A DNA stretch of 64,000 nt from an uncultured archaeon. Its GTDB lineage: Archaea; Iainarchaeota; Iainarchaeia; Iainarchaeales; JAAZKV01. The position numbers and the translations under genes are program-made. Each line of letters begins with the position of its first letter. Position 1 is the stretch's first letter. The notes under the pieces are model-generated. The model ran no database searches. It was not told the origin of the DNA and saw only the letters and a program-made list of their open reading frames with translations. Location: the NCBI GenBank assembly GCA_964551375.1, contig CAZKBG010000001.1, positions 42,833 through 106,832 of the forward strand, given 5' to 3'. This document shows, piece after piece, positions 58,645-64,000 of the stretch.

Positions 58645-58663
58645 ATTAATACTGATTTAGTTC

Positions 58664-58671
58664 GCTCTGCG
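58664..58671 (-). promoter_or_regulatory. TATA box (minus strand ATTATATG) ~20-27 nt upstream of the tRNA 5' end
   Basis: Read directly; spacing fits an archaeal promoter. Confidence 0.4.
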
Positions 58672-58812
58672 AACATATAATCCCTTCGGCTATTTTTTCG
58701 CAAGCCTTTTATCAAAAGGCTTCTAGACGAAGGGGCTAATCAGCGCTTAGCGCTAATACAAGACTAGAGTTTGAGAAAATTTATAAAGCAGATTATTGGG
58801 TGTTTTTTGACG

Positions 58813-59961
58813 TCAGCTAGTCATGAATTTTAAGAAAGTGCCCGCAAGGAAGAAGTACTTGGGGTTAGTTGCAAGTTTGCCGATGAATTTTCCCGGCTCG
58901 TCCATATCCCCTTCTTTCTCAAGGAATTCTTCAATTCCCTTCTGTTTTAATTTTAAGAATAAATCATCAATTTCTTTTGAGGAAAGAGAGTTAAGGTATT
59001 TTCTAATCTTCCAGTGCAGTTTTAATTCCTTATTTATTTTATCCATTTTCTTTTCATAATCCGCAAGCATTGTTTTATTCTTAACTGCAGCAGCAACAAC
59101 ATCTCCAAGCAAAAGGGCTGATTTCATTCCAAATATCACTCCGCCCCCAGTGGTTGCTTTAGTCTGAAAAGCCGCATCTCCCACAATTGCAAGATTATCT
59201 TTTGAAATGCCGCTAAGAGGAGGCCCGCATGGAACAAGAGCTGAATCAACTTTGTATATTCTTGCATTAGGAAGCCTTTGTTTAACAAAAGCCCTAAATC
59301 TCTCATTAACATCCTCTCCAAGAGTTGTTCCAATCCCTACTTTTGCTTTCTCCGCGCTTATTGGCACAACCCAAGCAAAAAAGCCTTTTGCGAACTCGTT
59401 TAAGTGAACCTCAACCATGTCTTTTTCAAATTCTCCGCTAAGAGTCGCCTGCATGGTGTGGACAAAGTTTTCTTTAGGAGCTTTTATTCCAAGAAGGTGC
59501 CTTACTGTTGAATTAACTCCGTCAGCTCCGATTATGTACTCTGCTTTTCTTAATTCGCCCCTGTTTTCAGACTGGACAAAAAGCGTGTTCTTCCTCACAT
59601 CAATAAGCTTAGTGTTAGTTGCAACGTGGATATTGTGAAGCCGAGCTTTCCTTACAAGCATTTCATCAAACTTTTTTCTATCCACAACATACGCCACAGT
59701 TTCTTTTCGCTTAATTTTCAGCATGTGCCCTGAAGGAGAAAATATTTTTGCGCCTTTAATTTCGTTTTGAAGCGAGTCGCTTGGGGCAAGTCCCAAATCC
59801 TCAACGCCTTTTTTTGAAATAAGCCCTGAACAGTGCACAGGCTCTCCGACATTATCATGCTCTTCAAAAACAGTTGCGTCAATTCCGAGCTCTTTGATTC
59901 TTAACGCCGCCATGAGCCCTGCAGGCCCCGCGCCGATTATTGCAACTGTATTTAGCCCCAA
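58813..59961 (-). CDS. geranylgeranyl reductase family FAD-dependent oxidoreductase (digeranylgeranylglycerophospholipid reductase-like)
   Basis: MGLNTVAIIGAGPAGLMAALRIKELGIDATVFEE (FAD GxGxxG, beta-alpha-beta); ~380 aa; ...NLAIVGDAAFQTKATTGGGV... typical of GGR. Confidence 0.75.
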   Translation of the reverse strand: MGLNTVAIIGAGPAGLMAALRIKELGIDATVFEEHDNVGEPVHCSGLISKKGVEDLGLAPSDSLQNEIKGAKIFSPSGHMLKIKRKETVAYVVDRKKFDEMLVRKARLHNIHVATNTKLIDVRKNTLFVQSENRGELRKAEYIIGADGVNSTVRHLLGIKAPKENFVHTMQATLSGEFEKDMVEVHLNEFAKGFFAWVVPISAEKAKVGIGTTLGEDVNERFRAFVKQRLPNARIYKVDSALVPCGPPLSGISKDNLAIVGDAAFQTKATTGGGVIFGMKSALLLGDVVAAAVKNKTMLADYEKKMDKINKELKLHWKIRKYLNSLSSKEIDDLFLKLKQKGIEEFLEKEGDMDEPGKFIGKLATNPKYFFLAGTFLKFMTS

Positions 59962-60092
59962 TATAACACCTATCTAATAATGGCTGTTGAGGTTTTAAAG
60001 TTTCTCTTTTGAAAATAAGTTTTGAATATAAACAAAGGAACTTGGCTTTTATTTTTTGTAAAAGCCAGTTCTTTTATTTAATTTTTATTTTG

Positions 60093-62873
60093 TCATGGCT
60101 TATTTGCTTCCCATTTCTTTGCTTCGGGTTTTTGTTCAGGAGTAAAGCGATCAATTATTGATTTCTTTGCCCCAAAACCATGCGCTCCGCTTCCGCCTTT
60201 GAATTTAATGAAAAATACTACTACTAAAACTATTATTATAATGATTATAATCACTGCGATTATCATCATTGTTCCATCATCAACAAGAGGGGTTCTTGTT
60301 AAATCTGCCGCGCTGCTTGTCCCTTCAATTAATAATGGAGGCGCTTCAAATTTAGCTATTACATTTGTTGCAATTAATGCTTTTGCAGCATCGCTTGTCA
60401 TTTCTCCAAGACCATACCTTACCGTAGCCTTAGCTCCTTTTGCAACATCAACAGTGAACTCCACAACAGGATCGTCCTTGATTATTGACCATGAGTGGCT
60501 TACCATCTTGATTTTCTTTGCGCTGTCCAAAAGTTCTTTTGGAATATATTCAACAATTTTAACTTTTCCAGATTCTGTGTTGTTTGTGAACTCAATCTCA
60601 ACTTTTACCTGAACTGTGTTTGAGTCCCCAGTTTCAACTATTACAAGTCTTCTTGCCATCTTAGCTCCGTTAACTGTCTGCGCAATAGTTTTTGCATTCT
60701 GCGCAGGTATTCCAAGAGCAGTAATCAGATTTTCAGTATTTGCATTATCGAATGTATAATTTGCTATATTTGCGTCCCTAAAGTTAGTTGATGCTTTGAA
60801 TTCATCATATAATGAATTTGCAAGCGTTGCTTTTACAAGCGCATTTGCGGGAGCTGTAACTAAATCCTCTTCAGCTTCAGCAAGGGCTTCATCAGCGCTC
60901 GCTTTTTTTGTTCTCATGCTTTCAGAAATTACAAGCCCGAGCGACTTTGCATTATCCAAAACTCGTTGAGCATCGCTTTTCTTAATATTAGCCTGTGAAA
61001 TTTTCAAAGCAGCATCCTCGTTTGAAGGAAGCGCGTTTGAAATTGTGATGGTCCTTGTTATTTCTCTTGAGTTTCCTGCTTTATCAGAAACTTTTGCGCT
61101 TAAAGAATAGCTTCCATTTTTGAAATTGTGTGTGTTTAAGTCAATATAGAATATGTTTGTAACTGAAGTATCCCTTGTCGAGCTTATTTTTCCGCCGTTG
61201 AAATCGAATTCAACTTTTTCAATTAATTCAGTATCAATTGCGGTAACTCCGACTTTTTTTGCTCCAATAAATGTCGCGTTTGTGTCATTCCATGAAATTG
61301 AAGGCGGGTTGTTGTCAATTGTTACATAAAGTAAATTTGATGTTGTCCTCCCGCTTTCTTCGCACCAGAAGTTTATTCTCTTGTATCCATTGCTTCCTGA
61401 ATTAATTGACAGGCTTTGCGAGATTACATTAACACTGCTTGTGTTTGAAGCAAGCTGTGTTGTTGTCCCAGTCGGATCAAGATACTGGTAAAATATTTTT
61501 CCGCTTGTTGTGTTCTGCGAGTAAGTGCATTCAACAGCCAGACTGTCTCCGTTTTTTGCATAATCCGTAGCTGCGCCAAGTCTTTTTACAGTAATTGTCG
61601 CGGTTGTTGAAATAGGAATTACAGTAACTTCATTGCTTGAAATGCTTTCATTTCCTGCCCCGTCTCTTGTATGAATCCTGAATTTGTAATCAGTGTCATT
61701 AGTGAGTCCGGTTGCGGTGTAAGTTACAGTTGATGCGCTGTTTACTCTGTCAAAATAAGTAAATGCTCCCGCTCCGATTGCTCTGTAAATATTATATCCT
61801 GCGTTTCCTGAATTATTATCAGCTGCGCTTGGAGCCGTCCAGTTTAGAACTGCGCTGCCGTTGCCTGCCGTTATAGTTAAGCTTGTTGGAGCGCTTGGAG
61901 CAACGCTGTCATACAAAACATATGTTGTGTGAAGATTAGCATCAATATTTCCAACAGCATCTTTGAACTGAACATAAACATCCTTGTTCCAGTCTGATTT
62001 TGCAGTGCATCCATAAGTTGTGTCATTAATGTTAAAATCAGAGTATGTTGTTGCATAAGTAATCCATGAAGTCCAAGATGAGTTATTGCATGATAATCTC
62101 ATCAAAACTCCCGGCCAAGCATGCGAATTGCTGATGCTAAAAGAAGGTTTTTCGCTGTTAGTCCACCCTGAATAGCTTATGCTTCCAGAAGTAGGAGCAA
62201 GTGTGTCGATAGTAAAAGTAAAACTTCCGCTTGCCGCGTTTCCCAAGGCATCATTAACATCATATGCTACAGTGTGTGTTCCTTCGCTCATGTTGTTTAT
62301 AACAAATGTTGCAGGGCTTGTTGCTGTGCTTACTTGGTGGTTTGAATCCACGCTTACTTTTATCATTGAAATACTGCTAAAATTATCGCTGAATGCGAGA
62401 CTGAAATTAAAATCAGCTTTGTTATAATCAGTGCTTGCTACTGGATATGTTGTTCCAATAACAGGCGCAGTTTGGTCATCAATTGCCCATGCTCCGCGAT
62501 AAGCATAAGTTGGAACATCTGTGTTCCCATCCAAAAGAACCGCCCAAATTGAATTGTTCCTGTCATTTGACCAAAGGCTTGCGTCATAAGTTGAAACTGA
62601 TACAGTCATTGGGGTTCCATTAAAGTCAATAAAATTTGCGCATGAAGCGGGCTGCGATGCGGAATAAGTGAAACAAACTTTATTGTTATCCGCTCCGCCG
62701 TCAGTTGTAAGAACTAAAGTAATATCGGAAGAATTTTTGTTTACTATTGTTCCGTTTAATACATTTGCCCCTTCCTTTATTTCCAGATTTGTTATTCCAA
62801 GGGAAAAAACAGTTGCTGATACTAATACTAACGCTGCCAATAGTGCCCAAAATTTCATTAAATTCACTTCCAA
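60093..62873 (-). CDS. large cell-surface protein (926 aa) with signal peptide, FN3-like domain(s) and C-terminal TM anchor
   Basis: Signal MKFWALLAALVLVSATVFS; FN3-like LNWTAPSAADNNSGNAGYNIYRA...TVTYTATGLTNDTDYKFRIHTRDGAGNES; C-term MMIIAVIIIIIIIVLVVVFFIKFKGG + basic tail. Confidence 0.6.
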   Translation of the reverse strand: MEVNLMKFWALLAALVLVSATVFSLGITNLEIKEGANVLNGTIVNKNSSDITLVLTTDGGADNNKVCFTYSASQPASCANFIDFNGTPMTVSVSTYDASLWSNDRNNSIWAVLLDGNTDVPTYAYRGAWAIDDQTAPVIGTTYPVASTDYNKADFNFSLAFSDNFSSISMIKVSVDSNHQVSTATSPATFVINNMSEGTHTVAYDVNDALGNAASGSFTFTIDTLAPTSGSISYSGWTNSEKPSFSISNSHAWPGVLMRLSCNNSSWTSWITYATTYSDFNINDTTYGCTAKSDWNKDVYVQFKDAVGNIDANLHTTYVLYDSVAPSAPTSLTITAGNGSAVLNWTAPSAADNNSGNAGYNIYRAIGAGAFTYFDRVNSASTVTYTATGLTNDTDYKFRIHTRDGAGNESISSNEVTVIPISTTATITVKRLGAATDYAKNGDSLAVECTYSQNTTSGKIFYQYLDPTGTTTQLASNTSSVNVISQSLSINSGSNGYKRINFWCEESGRTTSNLLYVTIDNNPPSISWNDTNATFIGAKKVGVTAIDTELIEKVEFDFNGGKISSTRDTSVTNIFYIDLNTHNFKNGSYSLSAKVSDKAGNSREITRTITISNALPSNEDAALKISQANIKKSDAQRVLDNAKSLGLVISESMRTKKASADEALAEAEEDLVTAPANALVKATLANSLYDEFKASTNFRDANIANYTFDNANTENLITALGIPAQNAKTIAQTVNGAKMARRLVIVETGDSNTVQVKVEIEFTNNTESGKVKIVEYIPKELLDSAKKIKMVSHSWSIIKDDPVVEFTVDVAKGAKATVRYGLGEMTSDAAKALIATNVIAKFEAPPLLIEGTSSAADLTRTPLVDDGTMMIIAVIIIIIIIVLVVVFFIKFKGGSGAHGFGAKKSIIDRFTPEQKPEAKKWEANKP

Positions 62874-62948
62874 AATTTGTATTTATTAGTGCTTAATCAT
62901 TTATTAATGTTTTTAGCCCGTTTTTGCGAGGCAAATATGAATCAGAAT

Positions 62949-63182
62949 TTATTTGAAGTAGTTAATTAATTCTTCCCGGGTTAATTTGGCCTGATTTAAA
63001 ATTCCTTTTAGAGTTCCTGGGTCAATTGATTTGTGAATTGGCACTACAGTTGTTATTTTGCCAGTTAATGTGTGTTTTACTAAAACTATGTGGCTTCCTT
63101 TTTGCCTGGTTGTAGAAAATCCATTTTGTTCAAGAAATTTTATGAGTTCTATTCCTGAAAGAATTGGTAATTTCATTTGCAT
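62949..63182 (-). CDS. hicA: HicA-family toxin (mRNA interferase)
   Basis: 77 aa; ...LEQNGFSTTRQKGSHIVLVKH... matches the YcfA/HicA pattern; immediately downstream of the HicB-like gene. Confidence 0.65.
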   Translation of the reverse strand: MQMKLPILSGIELIKFLEQNGFSTTRQKGSHIVLVKHTLTGKITTVVPIHKSIDPGTLKGILNQAKLTREELINYFK

Positions 63183-63186
63183 CAGT

Positions 63187-63438
63187 TTACCCAGTAAGTG
63201 TTACTGAGCATACTTTTGCTTTTTTTAGAGTACTTTCTTTTAGTTTGGTAGGCATATTTTCTTCTTCAAGAAATAATTCAATTGCTTCTTTTATATTTGC
63301 TAATGCTTCTTTTTCAGTATTTCCTTGGCTTACTACGCCAAGTTTTGGGCATTCTGCAACAAAAGCAATTTCTCCTTTTTTGATTATTACTTGGTACTCT
63401 TTTTCCATGTTATCAAGCATATTATCGCCCGAACACAT
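63187..63438 (-). CDS. hicB: HicB-family antitoxin (UPF0150)
   Basis: ...YQVIIKKGEIAFVAECPKLGVVSQGNTEKEALANIKEAIELFLEE... matches the HicB N-domain; 4-nt gap to hicA. Confidence 0.6.
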   Translation of the reverse strand: MCSGDNMLDNMEKEYQVIIKKGEIAFVAECPKLGVVSQGNTEKEALANIKEAIELFLEEENMPTKLKESTLKKAKVCSVTLTG

Positions 63439-63501
63439 AATAAAACAATCTTTTTATTTTTAGGATTTAAACTAATCAGCTATTTTCGACTATTGTCGAA
63501 A

Positions 63502-63972
63502 CTATTTTTTGTTTTTTTCAAGCCAAGCGGAGAGGAATTTTAAAAATACGGTTGCATATTCTCCCCTTCCAAGTTCAAAGTTCAGTTCAAATATATTATC
63601 CTTCACATTCCTTGCGTTAAATTTTCCTGCAGAAGTGAATGTTCTTCTAACTAGTGTTCCTTTTCTGAAATTTTTCTCAAATTCAGTAGGTTCAATTGTT
63701 AATTCTCTTGTGAATGCTTTTGAGGAACTCATAGCAAATTGGGGTTTGTCATCATTTTGCCCAACTATTTGAGCATAAATATTATCTGGTTTTCTTTCTT
63801 TAGCAAGTTCATTTAATTTTTCATTAAATCTCATAGCCTGCGCGGTTTTAACTAAAATTTTCACGCTCTTTGGCTCGGCATGCAAAAAAGCTCCCTTAAA
63901 ATCAAGAGGGTTCTTTTTCAAATATTCAAACAAAATAACTTTCTTTGTTTCCTTAACTTCAACATCCTGCAT
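63502..63972 (-). CDS. hypothetical protein (156 aa)
   Basis: ORF only. Confidence 0.4.
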   Translation of the reverse strand: MQDVEVKETKKVILFEYLKKNPLDFKGAFLHAEPKSVKILVKTAQAMRFNEKLNELAKERKPDNIYAQIVGQNDDKPQFAMSSSKAFTRELTIEPTEFEKNFRKGTLVRRTFTSAGKFNARNVKDNIFELNFELGRGEYATVFLKFLSAWLEKNKK

Positions 63973-64000
63973 TATCTTTTCCCAATTTCCCCAATTCTTC

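Noticed and set aside
58823-59638. Plus-strand ORFs overlapping the geranylgeranyl reductase gene
   Set aside because: The minus-strand frame has a clear FAD-binding N-terminus and full-length GGR similarity.
1-64000. Search for rRNA genes, CRISPR arrays, transposases, integrases and other cas/defence genes
   Set aside because: No regular repeat-spacer arrays, no rRNA-like conserved stretches, and no DDE/serine/tyrosine recombinase-like ORFs recognised by eye. Only HicAB was found.

Overview
AT-rich (~37% GC), gene-dense window that looks archaeal, probably from a small-genome DPANN-like lineage (lineage is inference). Supporting evidence seen in the sequence: prepilin-type class III signal peptides (KGQ/RAQ-G-[TA]-IEY...), a FlaI/TadA-type secretion ATPase with two T2SSF platform genes, a PAC2 proteasome assembly chaperone, geranylgeranyl reductase, a tRNA-Gln(CUG) without encoded CCA flanked by oligo-T, and TATA-proximal leaderless starts. 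Content is dominated by cell-surface machinery: three giant surface proteins with C-terminal TM anchors, about twelve pilin-like genes, a second FlaJ/PilC-like platform gene followed by a pilin array, and a pilus ATPase/platform operon. Housekeeping genes recognised: XPD helicase, Ogg-like DNA glycosylase, UppS, GGR, GT2, two or three SAM methyltransferases, Nudix hydrolase, flavodoxin. A HicAB pair lies at the 3' end. Most notable: (i) a duplicated two-gene module pairing a cytoplasmic transglutaminase-like cysteine-peptidase homologue with a class-III-signal secreted protein; (ii) a clear GGDEF diguanylate-cyclase-like gene next to a Nudix hydrolase and a hemerythrin-like gene, unexpected in an archaeal context; (iii) an ATPase-less platform plus multi-pilin locus containing an unannotated small membrane-protein ORF (sORF); (iv) a 16-nt tRNA 5'-end direct repeat beside tRNA-Gln; (v) a ~1 kb gene-poor stretch with several inverted repeats. 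No CRISPR, rRNA, transposase or integrase genes were seen.
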